Shown: positions 34,356 to 45,275, counted from the first letter of the stretch. The stretch is 48,678 nt of DNA from a virus (IMGVR_UViG_3300020397_000572:1-48678); one strand, 5' to 3'. Notes: generated by a model from the letters alone, not told the origin. Program-made: numbers and translations.

Positions 34356-34918
34356 TACTTACCAAGCACAACGATATATTTGTTATTAGGTTGCACTTTT
34401 CCTTTTTTATCTGTTCTTGTTTTTTCTACAAATTCACTGTGTAAAAATTTAACGCCAGGCATATTTTTTTCTATTTTATCTTTCCACCATCCAGGAGTCT
34501 CAACAATTAAATGTGCATTTCTTCCATCTGGTAAAAACTTTTTAGCAGGACTAGTTGCTATAATTAAAAATGCAATCTTAGAGAATGTTTCGTTAATGTC
34601 TTTCAAAACATTGTCTAAAAAAACAGGTTCAATGTGTTCTAATACGTCTGTGCTTATTAACATATCAAATGGTCCTGGTTGTCTTTCTTTAAAACTTGGA
34701 TGTCCTGGATCCCAACCAACAGCTCTAATGTCTGGATAGTTTTCTTTTACTGCTTGAATTACACCACCTTTGCCACAACCATAGTCAAATACACTTGTAG
34801 GTTTGTGTTCATCTATCCATTTTGCAATTGGTTTAAGTCCTTTAGCATCACCAAATGATGCTTTTTGATCATGTAATTGTTCTAGCTGAATTACATATTC
34901 TTCACTAATTGTCTTCAT
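34355..34918 (-). CDS. Class I SAM-dependent methyltransferase
   Basis: FDYGCGKG, STDVLEHIEP, LPDGRNAH. Confidence 0.88.
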   Translation of the reverse strand: MKTISEEYVIQLEQLHDQKASFGDAKGLKPIAKWIDEHKPTSVFDYGCGKGGVIQAVKENYPDIRAVGWDPGHPSFKERQPGPFDMLISTDVLEHIEPVFLDNVLKDINETFSKIAFLIIATSPAKKFLPDGRNAHLIVETPGWWKDKIEKNMPGVKFLHSEFVEKTRTDKKGKVQPNNKYIVVLGK

Positions 34919-35636
34919 GTTTGTCTCTTTCTTCTTGTCTTTTTCTATTGTGGATAGACTTTGCATAAGATCCTACACTAGAAATATTAGTAGTATTTAA
35001 CCTTGACATTTCTTCTGCACTAACAAGGTGGCATTTGATCTCAATTGGTTTATCACTCAATGGAATGATTTGCAACCAAGGATCTCCAGTGTTAATTTTT
35101 ACCCTTGAATTGAATGGTATCATTATATTGTTTAATAGTGCGTGTTGATATTTGTATTCAATTATTCCTGGTACACCCCAATAGGCTAATGGATCTTTAT
35201 GATGCCATTCTGGTTTTATCCACATAAATTGCACACCAGTTTCTTCTTTCAACAACCAAGGACTTCCTACTTTGACGTGTGCATATCCTGGCTTGTGAAA
35301 GTTCCAATCTTGTTCATCGTGTGGCAGTAATGCTGTGTGTTCTGGAAACACTCTTTGATTTAATTGGCCATTTGGTCCACACTCTAAATGAAGTTCACAC
35401 CAGCTAGGAATAATTACTCCTTGTTTAAGTATTTCATTTATAGCAGGACATTGTTTCATGCTACTTACAGGCACAGGAGATCCTTCTGTGTGTAAGTCTG
35501 TTTCTGTTCTACTTGCAGGTAATTTTTTCCACCATTCAGGTATCCATTTCTTTGCAAGTTGAGGCTTACATTGATCTAAAACGTATTGTTGGTTTGTATA
35601 AAAATTTAATACAATTTTATCAGATGAGTAATCCAT
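34905..35636 (-). CDS. Hypothetical protein, paralog of 29207..29944
   Basis: PEWWKKL, KQCPAI, GVIIPSW, PWLLK, GDPWLQIIP. Confidence 0.75.
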   Translation of the reverse strand: MDYSSDKIVLNFYTNQQYVLDQCKPQLAKKWIPEWWKKLPASRTETDLHTEGSPVPVSSMKQCPAINEILKQGVIIPSWCELHLECGPNGQLNQRVFPEHTALLPHDEQDWNFHKPGYAHVKVGSPWLLKEETGVQFMWIKPEWHHKDPLAYWGVPGIIEYKYQHALLNNIMIPFNSRVKINTGDPWLQIIPLSDKPIEIKCHLVSAEEMSRLNTTNISSVGSYAKSIHNRKRQEERDKHEDN

Positions 35637-36126
35637 AATCTATTGTTTCGCTTTGTCTACTAATATCCTTGATGAACCATGCACACAAAGGATTAGGTCC
35701 GTCAGTGATTGGTGTGCCAATAAGTTGTCCATTTTTTGTTTTAGGAAAATACCATTTCATGTCATTGTAGAAGTTTGTTATTTTTACATTACCCCATTGC
35801 ATTGTATAACCTGTCAATGGATTGTACAGGAATGCTTCAAAGCCTCTGTCATTTAAACTAGTTAACGGAAGTACTTCTATGTCTCCTGCTCCTTCACTAT
35901 CTCCTACTGCTAGATGCCAATCAATAGGCATAGTTATTTCATGTCCGTTTATTTCTATAACCATTGCTGGTGAATTAAAACTTTCTAAAAATATCAAAGG
36001 AATAAAAAAGAAGTCAGGCTCTTTTGGATTACTGTTATCCAGCACACTGAATCTCACATCATCTTTAAGTTCAGATGGCAGGTTATTCAGATGAAACGTT
36101 TTGTTATCTAATGTTAATATTCTCAT
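35620..36126 (-). CDS. Conserved hypothetical protein downstream of UvsW
   Basis: Long ORF; PLIFLESF and LPLTSLNDRGF. Confidence 0.75.
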   Translation of the reverse strand: MRILTLDNKTFHLNNLPSELKDDVRFSVLDNSNPKEPDFFFIPLIFLESFNSPAMVIEINGHEITMPIDWHLAVGDSEGAGDIEVLPLTSLNDRGFEAFLYNPLTGYTMQWGNVKITNFYNDMKWYFPKTKNGQLIGTPITDGPNPLCAWFIKDISRQSETIDYGLLI

Positions 36127-36347
36127 TGTTTTCTCTTTTTCATTATTTCATTAGGAGTAAGTTTACCTGTATCTGGATCTAGTTTATTAATCCTGCAACT
36201 GAATAAGTTTTTACGTCCTTTACTTGTTACTAAGACTGGTTGACCTTTTTCATCAACCTCTATGCTTTTTATTTTTGTAGTCACGTTCCTAAAACGTCCT
36301 ACTAAAATCTCGTCACCGACTTTTATATCGACTGTAAATTTTTTCAT
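36123..36347 (-). CDS. Small basic hypothetical protein
   Basis: IKVGDEILVGRFRN; ATGA overlaps. Confidence 0.7.
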   Translation of the reverse strand: MKKFTVDIKVGDEILVGRFRNVTTKIKSIEVDEKGQPVLVTSKGRKNLFSCRINKLDPDTGKLTPNEIMKKRKQ

Positions 36348-37801
36348 GACCAATCAATTTTCTCCATTGTAAAAGGATACTCTGCTTCTCTATAGAATTT
36401 TTTCCTTTGTGTTAAATGCCTTTTTGCATACTTACAACTTGATGTCAAATCCCATATTTGCACAAAGTCCTTGTCTTCTGCCTTCCTAATACCTCTGCCT
36501 ATTGATTGAATTACCCTAACAAATGATTTGCCAGGTTCAATTAAAACTAAATTAAAAATACGTGGAATGTTAATGCCAACAGCCGCTACTCCATATGTAG
36601 CTATAAGAACTTTATTTGTTGCTTCTTTGATTTCATCATACTGTTCTTTACGGTCTTTGAGTTTGACATCTCCTTTGATAAAAACTGAATCTGGTATTGC
36701 TTCTTGTAGTTGCTCTCCTGCACTAATCCTGTCAACAAGTATAAGTGTGTTGCCACTATCCTTGATGCCATGACACATCTTTGCCAAGTATTTTATTCTA
36801 TCTTTATTTGTAACAAGATACTTCAATTCTTCTTGATAAGAATTGTAAACAGTTGTATCAAGCAGTTGCACAATATTAACATGACACTTGCTCAACACAT
36901 CTTTGTCTTGCAATTCTTTAGCACTAATTTGATTTATAACTGGACCTATACTTGCTAATATGCTTTGAAATTCAAACTGTTCTTTTGGTATAGTACCTGT
37001 TAATCCCCAACGTATTGGAGCATTTTTTAAATTTTGTGTCAATAACTTTTTTAATACTTCTGCTTTTGCTTGGTGTACTTCATCAATAATAATTGTTTCT
37101 ACACCATCTAAAAATTCTGCTAGTGTTAATACTGCTTCACCATCTTTTGTTTTCTTATCTAAAATATTCAAACTTTGCCAAGTACAAATTGTGTGTGTCT
37201 TACCTAGTTCTTTTCTATCTCCAAAGTACACGCCAACATCTAATCCACAGTTTACATAATCTTCTTCTGTCTGTGTTACTAATGATTTGTTAGGAACAAT
37301 TACCACTGTCCTACCCAACTTCTCGCATAAGTGCGATAGTGTTGCAGTGATGATTGTTTTACCTGCTCCTGTGGCAACCTCTTGTAAGCATTGAGGATTT
37401 TGTATAAACTTGTTTACTACTTCTACTTGATAATCTCTTAACACTATTGGCTCACCCTCTGCAGGGTGTCCTTTAGGCCAAGTCTTGCCTTGCCAATAGT
37501 TTTCGTCTATGGTGTTAAAAGTAAGGTCATGTTTAACTCTGTTGTCTTTGATTTCTGCAATCTCTACTCCTGCATCAACAAGTGTGTTTACAATGACATC
37601 CATATGATTAACATAACCACTACCACCAATTCCGAAAAAAGATATATTTCCATCCCATCTCCCTAGTTTGTATTGTGGAAGATAACGTGCATAAGGCACC
37701 TGGAACTTTAGCTTGTTTGCAATCTTACGTCTATATTCTACAGGTAAATTTTCTACCTTGACGTTAACTTCATCTTGTATTACTATTCTACAACTTATCA
37801 T
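36344..37801 (-). CDS. uvsW: UvsW-like SF2 helicase
   Basis: LRDYQ, ATGAGKT, DEVH, GLTGT, QSIGRGIR. Confidence 0.92.
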   Translation of the reverse strand: MISCRIVIQDEVNVKVENLPVEYRRKIANKLKFQVPYARYLPQYKLGRWDGNISFFGIGGSGYVNHMDVIVNTLVDAGVEIAEIKDNRVKHDLTFNTIDENYWQGKTWPKGHPAEGEPIVLRDYQVEVVNKFIQNPQCLQEVATGAGKTIITATLSHLCEKLGRTVVIVPNKSLVTQTEEDYVNCGLDVGVYFGDRKELGKTHTICTWQSLNILDKKTKDGEAVLTLAEFLDGVETIIIDEVHQAKAEVLKKLLTQNLKNAPIRWGLTGTIPKEQFEFQSILASIGPVINQISAKELQDKDVLSKCHVNIVQLLDTTVYNSYQEELKYLVTNKDRIKYLAKMCHGIKDSGNTLILVDRISAGEQLQEAIPDSVFIKGDVKLKDRKEQYDEIKEATNKVLIATYGVAAVGINIPRIFNLVLIEPGKSFVRVIQSIGRGIRKAEDKDFVQIWDLTSSCKYAKRHLTQRKKFYREAEYPFTMEKIDWS

Positions 37802-39096
37802 ATCATATCTGCTTTATAATATCCATACCCATAATGTGGACTCACGTCTTGATCATATTGTATTATAAAATCATGTCCGTGGACGTAATCATTAATAGTG
37901 TGTGGTGTTTTCTTACTGCCTATTTGGAAAATGCCTTTTGGCCTAAAACCTTTTTTCAATAATGGTTTAGGAACTTTATTATTACTAATATACACTATTC
38001 TTGTGTTTTTGTCAACACTATTATTTAAGCCCCAGGTAGTGACATAACGGTTAAATTGTATTGCGTTATTACCCTTCTTTGTGTCCATTCTAAACATAAC
38101 GGACATTTCATTCCTTGGAACGTAATTTGTAAACAGTGAATTAAGCAAACTCAATTCCTCGTAACACTTGTTCTGATCCAAAAGAATTAACAAAGGATAT
38201 CTTTTCAACTCATCAACCATTTCAAGCACTTGCGATACTTGCCAAGTTTTTGAATTAACACAAATTAAATTTCCTTCACGATTCAAAACTTTATTCGTTA
38301 ATGTAGTAAGATTTTTTCTGCTTTTTGATAATGCTGTTTCATCAAAGTGTACTAATCCATAGTAATCTTTTCTATCATAATATTGATACAAGTTTTGATA
38401 GTTTGGTTGTCCTAATTCTAACAAACAAATGTCCTGTGCTTTTTCAGGCAAATGTTTAAAATTAAAATTGTATATGCCTGGAATGTAATCTTGTGGGTTT
38501 TGATTAAATGATTTTAGGACATCATAAACATTTAATACTGCTTCATCTATTTCAAATTTGTTTTCAAATTTGTTTGCTATGTTAACTAATTTCCAAATGT
38601 ACTTTTCTTTATAAGGAAAATAATGTGTGTGTTTGTCATAAGCATATTCTTTATCGTTGTTGTTTTTTAATTCTTCTATATACTTGATAACTTTCTTGTT
38701 AAACGGAAATCTAATCGCAACGGTATCATGTTCAAAATTATATCTGTCTTTTCTTTTGACACGTTTGATCCAATGACTGCTATCAATTTTACGTAAAGGA
38801 CTTCTAAGTTTTTCAACTGCTTCTTTTAGATCAATACCGTGTGCTTCAAATTGATCTTGATAATATTCAAGTAATAATTTTTTTGCAAGTACATATTGTT
38901 TGTCTGTGAGAGCAACACCTCTGAACACTTGTTTTGCAATACTGAACATGATATTAGCATTGTCTTTGTGCAATTTGAATCCTTGCACTACGTTTATGTC
39001 AGGATCTTGATGATATTTAAGGTCAGAAATACCAGCCGCTATTTCTAAACAGTCCTCAGTATTAAGTGCTTTTTTGGATATGGCTCTATTGTGCAT
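37798..39096 (-). CDS. Conserved hypothetical protein, probably leaderless
   Basis: TTGACT-17-TATAAT, then 6 nt, then ATG at 39096; ALTDKQ motif. Confidence 0.75.
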   Translation of the reverse strand: MHNRAISKKALNTEDCLEIAAGISDLKYHQDPDINVVQGFKLHKDNANIMFSIAKQVFRGVALTDKQYVLAKKLLLEYYQDQFEAHGIDLKEAVEKLRSPLRKIDSSHWIKRVKRKDRYNFEHDTVAIRFPFNKKVIKYIEELKNNNDKEYAYDKHTHYFPYKEKYIWKLVNIANKFENKFEIDEAVLNVYDVLKSFNQNPQDYIPGIYNFNFKHLPEKAQDICLLELGQPNYQNLYQYYDRKDYYGLVHFDETALSKSRKNLTTLTNKVLNREGNLICVNSKTWQVSQVLEMVDELKRYPLLILLDQNKCYEELSLLNSLFTNYVPRNEMSVMFRMDTKKGNNAIQFNRYVTTWGLNNSVDKNTRIVYISNNKVPKPLLKKGFRPKGIFQIGSKKTPHTINDYVHGHDFIIQYDQDVSPHYGYGYYKADMI

Positions 39097-39113
39097 TCGT
39101 ATATTATACGATA

Positions 39114-39959
39114 TTATAGCACAGAAGTCAAGTGTTTTAGTGGTTCTCCACCAGCAATTTCCTCCAATGTCCATTCTGTATGTGCTATGTCATTAAGCCA
39201 TTGTGTTCTGTCAGGACGTAAAGGATCATTGATGGTATCATAATTTGGATTGCCTACTTCATAGGCTAGACTTGCTTGGCTAACAAATACAGGCACACCA
39301 TTGATTACTGAATGTGTAGCAGGGTTACTGCTATGATTGATTACTGCATAAGCACCACTACAACTGAAGTCAAAGTCGTCATATGTGTCTTGTACTTGCA
39401 CAGGATTTTGTCGATAAACATTTTTAAAATCTTCTTCCAAGTTGGTAACAGGAAATCTTGGGTGAGGTCTCCAAATTATATCTCTGTCTGTGTGTTCTCT
39501 TATTTTTCTGATTTGTTCACTTACCCAACTCGACATACTTGGATTGTTACGCCATTGATGTGAACGTTCATGTTGTCCTACTATAACTATGCTGTCTCCG
39601 TTGTTGTCCCAAGGTTTCAGTTCAAGTCCTAATTTTTTAGCTCTTGTGTTGTCATTCCCTTTTGGACCAAAGTATGCTTCTCGATTAATTCCGCCAACAC
39701 CAACTTTCCAAGTGGTACCACGTATTAATCCACCAACTTCTAGTACAATTATTTTTTTATTGTGTGCATGGAAATCGTCCCATACTTTTTTGTTAGGAGC
39801 CATTCTACCATTCCAAAGAACGCTCCAAATAACACCAACGTCACAGTCGTAAGTATTATCAACGACCACATGACCATTACTGCTAAGACTATCAGCAAAG
39901 GCGTCAAATACTGGTTTGCTATTTTGTGCACCATAATCTCTAAATAAACTAAACTTCAT
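39114..39959 (-). CDS. Capsule polysaccharide biosynthesis-like GT-B protein
   Basis: IWRPHP, INHSSNPA, GVPVFV, WTLEEI; paralog of the 42660 and 43592 genes. Confidence 0.7.
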   Translation of the reverse strand: MKFSLFRDYGAQNSKPVFDAFADSLSSNGHVVVDNTYDCDVGVIWSVLWNGRMAPNKKVWDDFHAHNKKIIVLEVGGLIRGTTWKVGVGGINREAYFGPKGNDNTRAKKLGLELKPWDNNGDSIVIVGQHERSHQWRNNPSMSSWVSEQIRKIREHTDRDIIWRPHPRFPVTNLEEDFKNVYRQNPVQVQDTYDDFDFSCSGAYAVINHSSNPATHSVINGVPVFVSQASLAYEVGNPNYDTINDPLRPDRTQWLNDIAHTEWTLEEIAGGEPLKHLTSVL

Positions 39960-41095
39960 GATAGAAGGGTTACTATTTTCCCTGCAAGTCCTTCGAACCA
40001 AGCCTCGTCGTGACCTCTTGTTGTTTCAGCGGCTGTGCCTATTCTTATACCACTTGTCTCTACAAATGATCTTGGATCATTAGGTACCCCATTCTTGTTT
40101 ACAGTTATGCCATTTTCTTCTAATAGATCAGCGGCTTCTTTACCTGACCATTTTGTATCACTTAGATCCAATAGTAGTATATGACTATCAGTTCCGTCAG
40201 TTAATAATTTGTATCCACTTTCCTTAAACACTCTTGCCATTGCCTGTGCATTAGCAACTACCTTGGCAGAATAATCCTTGAAATCATCCGTGTTTGCTTC
40301 GATGAATGCCTGTGCCTTTGCGGCAATAATATTCATCAATGGTCCACCTTGTGTGCCTGGAAATATTGCACTATTAATTTTTTTTGTGTAGTCTGGATTG
40401 TTCCATAGTATGATTCCGCCTCTAGGACCTCTCAAAGTTTTATGTGTTGTACTTGTTACAAAGTCTGCATAAGGCACTGGACTTGGATAGGCATTACCGG
40501 CAATCAATCCTGAGTAGTGTGCCATGTCTACCAATAAGTATGCACCTACCTTATCTGCTATGTGTCTAAACATTTTAAAATCAATAGCTCTTGGATATGC
40601 ACTTGCTCCTGCAATAATCATTTTTGGTCTTATCTCTTGTGCTTTTGCCATTACTTCTGGGTAACTTAACCAACCTTTTTCATCAACACCATAATGATGT
40701 GCTTCATATACTTTGCCTGATATGTTGACAGGAGCACCATGGCTTAAATGACCTCCACTTGCAAGATCCATGCCTAGTATTTTATCACCTGGTTTTAAAA
40801 AAGCAAGATAAATTGCTGTGTTGGCATTTGCTCCACAATGTGGTTGCACGTTTGCAAATTCACAGCCATATAATTCTTTCAGTTGATCTATTGCAAGTTG
40901 TTCAATGCTGTCCATGTGTTCACAACCATTATAGTATCTTTTGCCTGGATATCCTTCAGCATACTTGTTTGTAAACACCGAACCCGCTAGTTTCATTACG
41001 TCTTGTGATGCAAAGTTTTCACTTGCAATTAATTCTATAGTAGACGTTTGCCTATCTACTTCTTTATCTAATATTTCAAAAACTCTTTTATCCAT
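39956..41095 (-). CDS. glyA: Serine hydroxymethyltransferase
   Basis: LIASEN, NKYAEGYPGKRYY, GGHLSHG, TTHKTLRGPRGG. Confidence 0.97.
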   Translation of the reverse strand: MDKRVFEILDKEVDRQTSTIELIASENFASQDVMKLAGSVFTNKYAEGYPGKRYYNGCEHMDSIEQLAIDQLKELYGCEFANVQPHCGANANTAIYLAFLKPGDKILGMDLASGGHLSHGAPVNISGKVYEAHHYGVDEKGWLSYPEVMAKAQEIRPKMIIAGASAYPRAIDFKMFRHIADKVGAYLLVDMAHYSGLIAGNAYPSPVPYADFVTSTTHKTLRGPRGGIILWNNPDYTKKINSAIFPGTQGGPLMNIIAAKAQAFIEANTDDFKDYSAKVVANAQAMARVFKESGYKLLTDGTDSHILLLDLSDTKWSGKEAADLLEENGITVNKNGVPNDPRSFVETSGIRIGTAAETTRGHDEAWFEGLAGKIVTLLS

Positions 41096-41098
41096 TTT

Positions 41099-41914
41099 TT
41101 ATCCTTGCCAATATGATTCAGTGCGTGGACTTAACAAATCTCTTTGTCTACTCTTACCTTCTTCTTTTCTTACACCTTTAAGATGATCAAAGTATTTTCC
41201 AAGTTCACAGTTAATAAGTGGATGGCCTTCACCATTAATAAGATGACCACTGAAGTCTTTTATGTTAGGATGTTTGGGTTGTATTTTTTTCAATACTTCC
41301 CAAAACACATAACTATCGTGCCATTCTTCCATGTTGAAGATACCATTGTTTTCTGCTTCGTCATACACACGTTGAAACTCCTGTAAGAAAGCATTTGCTC
41401 CTTCGGTGCGTAATGTAAGTCCATAGAATCCACACTCTGGCCATTTTTTGTTTCTACCTAAGTAGTGCAACCATTGTGATTGTGGAACTAAATTTCTAAA
41501 TTCTGTGTATGTAATAGGACTGTGTACAAACGTGTCTGCGTCCATCCAAACTAAAATATCAATGTTTGGATCTTTTGCAGTTTCAAAAACAGCATACACT
41601 TTGTTTGCAAATCTAACTGCGTCCCATTTAAATTCTTTATGATTATCTCTTGGTCTTCTTGCAGGCCAAGGACATTTGCCATTTGCTTTAGGCACATCTT
41701 TCCAAGTGCGTTTGAATGTTTGCAAATCAGGTAGTGTGTTATCTGCATCTCTGATTTCTATTCTTGGATCATTTGAAATAGGGTGACACTTTTCTGCATA
41801 GACAATAAGTTTTATTTTAGGATCAACCTGTTTGGAAAATGAATCTATAAACCTTTGCCCATACTGTTTGAGCCCAGGTTCATGAAAAGTTGTTACGCAA
41901 GTTACATTTAACAT
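41099..41914 (-). CDS. Putative glycosyltransferase (GT-A)
   Basis: RFANKVYA, WMDAD, EWHDSYVF, DHLKG. Confidence 0.7.
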   Translation of the reverse strand: MLNVTCVTTFHEPGLKQYGQRFIDSFSKQVDPKIKLIVYAEKCHPISNDPRIEIRDADNTLPDLQTFKRTWKDVPKANGKCPWPARRPRDNHKEFKWDAVRFANKVYAVFETAKDPNIDILVWMDADTFVHSPITYTEFRNLVPQSQWLHYLGRNKKWPECGFYGLTLRTEGANAFLQEFQRVYDEAENNGIFNMEEWHDSYVFWEVLKKIQPKHPNIKDFSGHLINGEGHPLINCELGKYFDHLKGVRKEEGKSRQRDLLSPRTESYWQG

Positions 41915-42684
41915 TATTTAAATTTCCCATCTACTCTTACTGTATAACTAAAATAAGGCATAGAATCTACGCCGTGATAGTCTTTAGTATTATATGAATA
42001 TGCTTTGTACTGTAAGTCTCCTTCTGGCACGTAAAACTTCTGTTTATTCAAGCTATCGTACACGTACACGGGTCTATAACCTCCTGGGTGGAAGTTAATA
42101 GTATCAGCTACTTCTTTGTCTAGTAACGTGTCTCTATGGCATGGAACAATACTATTTGCCCATGATCCATATATAACACATCTACCAATTTCTTTGAAAG
42201 GTAAATCATTGTATACACATTCTTTCAGGTAACCTAATCCTAAATCGTCATTCCAATCTGATGTATCATTCATATTATCCGCAAATGAACTTTCTTTTAC
42301 ATCAACTACAAAGAACCAAGGTAAATTTGTTCTGTGTTTGAAATAAAAAAATTTTCTCACTTCATTTTGTGTGAAACCTGCAGGTATATCATGTGTATGT
42401 TCCATTAGTGCTTCGTCTTCAAACTTACCATATTGTTTTAGTTCTGGTGGCATACTGCCTCCTACCTTTGGCCATTTATCCAAAGGATTTTTTGCTAACA
42501 TCAAACATATTTCGTTGTCTAATTTTTTCCAATCCCAGTCTAATGTGTATTTTGTAAAATTCTTAAAAGGCTTTCCTTCAATGCCTAACATCGGACTTTC
42601 CTCGTGTTCGCACTTGTACAGTTTACCTATACCTTCTACTTCTTTTGTATCAACTAGTTTCATTTCAAATATTTTTTCATCCAT
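41914..42684 (-). CDS. Putative 2OG/cupin oxygenase-like protein
   Basis: IGRCVIY, PCHRD, DYHGVD, YTVRVDG. Confidence 0.55.
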   Translation of the reverse strand: MDEKIFEMKLVDTKEVEGIGKLYKCEHEESPMLGIEGKPFKNFTKYTLDWDWKKLDNEICLMLAKNPLDKWPKVGGSMPPELKQYGKFEDEALMEHTHDIPAGFTQNEVRKFFYFKHRTNLPWFFVVDVKESSFADNMNDTSDWNDDLGLGYLKECVYNDLPFKEIGRCVIYGSWANSIVPCHRDTLLDKEVADTINFHPGGYRPVYVYDSLNKQKFYVPEGDLQYKAYSYNTKDYHGVDSMPYFSYTVRVDGKFK

Positions 42685-43595
42685 TGCCAAGCAATCCCAC
42701 TACGTAAGTCTGCAAAACTCCAATGACATTGTGCAATTTTTCTAATCCAAGCTTCTCTATCAAATGTTTGTAAATTATTCATTTGAGATAAATCTGTATG
42801 ACACACTTCTTCAACTTGACTTGACTTTGGATCTTCTACTATAATTGGAACACCTTCTATTACACTCGCTACCAAAGGTGAACTGTTAAATCCTATTGTA
42901 CAAAACGCATGAGCAAGATCATGTTCTATGTGTTCACCAAAACTTACTCTGACATTATCGCCTACAATTTGTTTTACATATTCAGGAGCCTTCTTGTCTC
43001 CAGGATGTGGTCTAACAATTATTGGGCGTGTAGTATATTGTCTAATCTGTGCAATTTTATGATTTGCCCAAGATACAACATCTTTACCTTTCATACTCCA
43101 ACCGCCATTACGTTGTAAACAAAGTAATACAGTATCTCTTTCATTTATAGACCAAGGCTTTAAACTAACTCCTAAATCTCTTTGTATGTTTAACCAATTT
43201 TGATCTGTGTATTCGTTATTACAATAAACACCTGTATCATTGAATACTCCATTTATACTGTATCTTAAATAATGATGTGGTGCATTTTGTTTTGCTTTGT
43301 ATAAAAATAAATTGCTGTCAGCAGTTATAAACCATTTGTTTCTTGTGTTACTTGCTATGTTTCTTCGTAATTGTATATGAGGAACGTGTGCTGACTTATC
43401 ATGAACAAAGCCCTGCATCATTGCTACGTCACAATCTAACATTTCATAACCATCATATACCAATCCATTATCACCAGCTTCTCTAACTCCAGTGATAAAA
43501 TTTTTTATTATATCAAGTTTATGATTTTCTTTTTGGGGCTTATTGTTTGCTTTTGCTCCAGGTGGTATTACTTTTGTGTATCCAACAACTCTCAT
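42660..43595 (-). CDS. Capsule polysaccharide biosynthesis-like GT-B protein
   Basis: IVRPHPGD, FNSSPLVASVIEGVP. Confidence 0.7.
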   Translation of the reverse strand: MRVVGYTKVIPPGAKANNKPQKENHKLDIIKNFITGVREAGDNGLVYDGYEMLDCDVAMMQGFVHDKSAHVPHIQLRRNIASNTRNKWFITADSNLFLYKAKQNAPHHYLRYSINGVFNDTGVYCNNEYTDQNWLNIQRDLGVSLKPWSINERDTVLLCLQRNGGWSMKGKDVVSWANHKIAQIRQYTTRPIIVRPHPGDKKAPEYVKQIVGDNVRVSFGEHIEHDLAHAFCTIGFNSSPLVASVIEGVPIIVEDPKSSQVEEVCHTDLSQMNNLQTFDREAWIRKIAQCHWSFADLRSGIAWQWMKKYLK

Positions 43596-44596
43596 TTACC
43601 TGCTCCTAACTGTTGCCAAGCATATCCACTTAACATCTCATCATATGTAAATTGATTATTGCTTAGATATCTACACAGCCAAGTAAGTTGTTTTCTTCCT
43701 GGATGTTTTACAAATTCTATTCTTTCTAAACGTTTTTCACATAAGTCTTGAGCACAGTTAGGACCTAATACTATTGCAGGTTTGCCATATATCATAGCTT
43801 CAAGTGCCGCAATACTGTTAAAGGTTACCATACAATGTACATCATCATCAAGGGCTTGTTCTATTGTGTTGACAGATACTCTGTCTTCCCTGCTTGGCTT
43901 TTTACGTACTTCAATTGGTCTTGATGTATGTTTCTTTATTTCTAATATAGTTTCATTTATCCATTGATCCAAATCTCTTTCAAAGTATTTCATTACTTTT
44001 TCACTTGGAGGAACAATCAATATTTTCCTTCCAGGAACATTGTCCTTAAATGGTATTGCTAGTCTTTTCCAACGTTCGCCACCATACAAATGCTCGTTGC
44101 CTTCTTTCTCAGGCATATGGAGATTTTGTAATGCGTTCTTTACTATTCTGTGATAAATTTTTTTGCCGTTTGGATTATTTGTGCTTGGATTGTTACCAAC
44201 GTAACCTGTGTCCATGAAATAAAAGTCTTTGCCTCGGGCAATACATTCTTTGATTATTTTTTGTTTGCCTAGCCCTCTCACAAGGAACGGGGCTGGATGA
44301 GCCCAGTAGTCATTTATGTCATCTGCTCTTATGTATTTTCCGCCACTGCCTAATGCCATTGCCATAACAAAAGCATCAACTATACCAAAAGAACCTTTTA
44401 CTTTCTTTTCTACTTTTTTAATACCACTGTCTATGCAAATTAATTTAGGATTTCTTACATCACTAAACATATCCGTAATGGCTCTTATAGCCTTAGAATT
44501 ATCCTGTACGGCTACAGAATAAATTATTTCATCAATTAATTCTTTTAATCTATTTGGTAACACTCTAGGATCCCATTCTCCAAGTCCTTCACTCAC
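43592..44596 (-). CDS. Capsule polysaccharide biosynthesis-like GT-B protein
   Basis: FMDTGY, VRKKP, TFNSIAALEAMIYGKP, QFTYDEM. Confidence 0.7.
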   Translation of the reverse strand: MSEGLGEWDPRVLPNRLKELIDEIIYSVAVQDNSKAIRAITDMFSDVRNPKLICIDSGIKKVEKKVKGSFGIVDAFVMAMALGSGGKYIRADDINDYWAHPAPFLVRGLGKQKIIKECIARGKDFYFMDTGYVGNNPSTNNPNGKKIYHRIVKNALQNLHMPEKEGNEHLYGGERWKRLAIPFKDNVPGRKILIVPPSEKVMKYFERDLDQWINETILEIKKHTSRPIEVRKKPSREDRVSVNTIEQALDDDVHCMVTFNSIAALEAMIYGKPAIVLGPNCAQDLCEKRLERIEFVKHPGRKQLTWLCRYLSNNQFTYDEMLSGYAWQQLGAGK

Positions 44597-45275
44597 CTTT
44601 GTTCTCCATCATTTGGAATAATGCGTCCTTCCATACCTGATGATAATCACAGTTTCTATATTCTTTAAACCAAGGACCACCTTCGGTATAATGCAAGGCT
44701 CTTGGTGTTCCATCATCATACCAACCTACCAGGTAGTTCCAATCCTTTGGTAGTTCTCCTATTTCACTGTCTTTCAACCAACTAAATCTGTGAAAATATT
44801 TTCCATCATAATTAGGATTGTTTACACTATCGATAGTAACTTTCTCATTACTAGGATGTCCACAGTTCCATAAAACCACAGAACTCCAATTCTTTCTTGG
44901 ATAGACAGTTTGCACTTGTCCGTCCATCTTGATGCCTGGCTTTGGCGTGTAATCATGTTGCACACACATCACAGCATACTTGTCATCTGCCAATGCAAAT
45001 AAATTATCTACATTTTCTAAAAACACAACATCACTGTCGCAAAACAAAGCCCAACCTTTGTAATTACATAAATGAGGAATCAAAAATCTTGTAAACGTAA
45101 ATTCTGTACTTGCAAGTTTATCAACTTCACGCCAATACAATTTTTGATCTCTTAAATCTTTTTGGATTAAAGGTATGACTTCTGTTTCTGTGTTGAAACG
45201 TTTTAATGAGTGTTCACATACTTGATAAGCAATATCTTCTCTAGTGTCATAACCAACAAAAACTTTATTTTTCAT
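44589..45275 (-). CDS. Glycosyltransferase (GT8-like)
   Basis: FVGYDTRE, STEFTFTRF, FCDSD, YPRKNWSS, HYTEGGPW. Confidence 0.85.
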   Translation of the reverse strand: MKNKVFVGYDTREDIAYQVCEHSLKRFNTETEVIPLIQKDLRDQKLYWREVDKLASTEFTFTRFLIPHLCNYKGWALFCDSDVVFLENVDNLFALADDKYAVMCVQHDYTPKPGIKMDGQVQTVYPRKNWSSVVLWNCGHPSNEKVTIDSVNNPNYDGKYFHRFSWLKDSEIGELPKDWNYLVGWYDDGTPRALHYTEGGPWFKEYRNCDYHQVWKDALFQMMENKGE

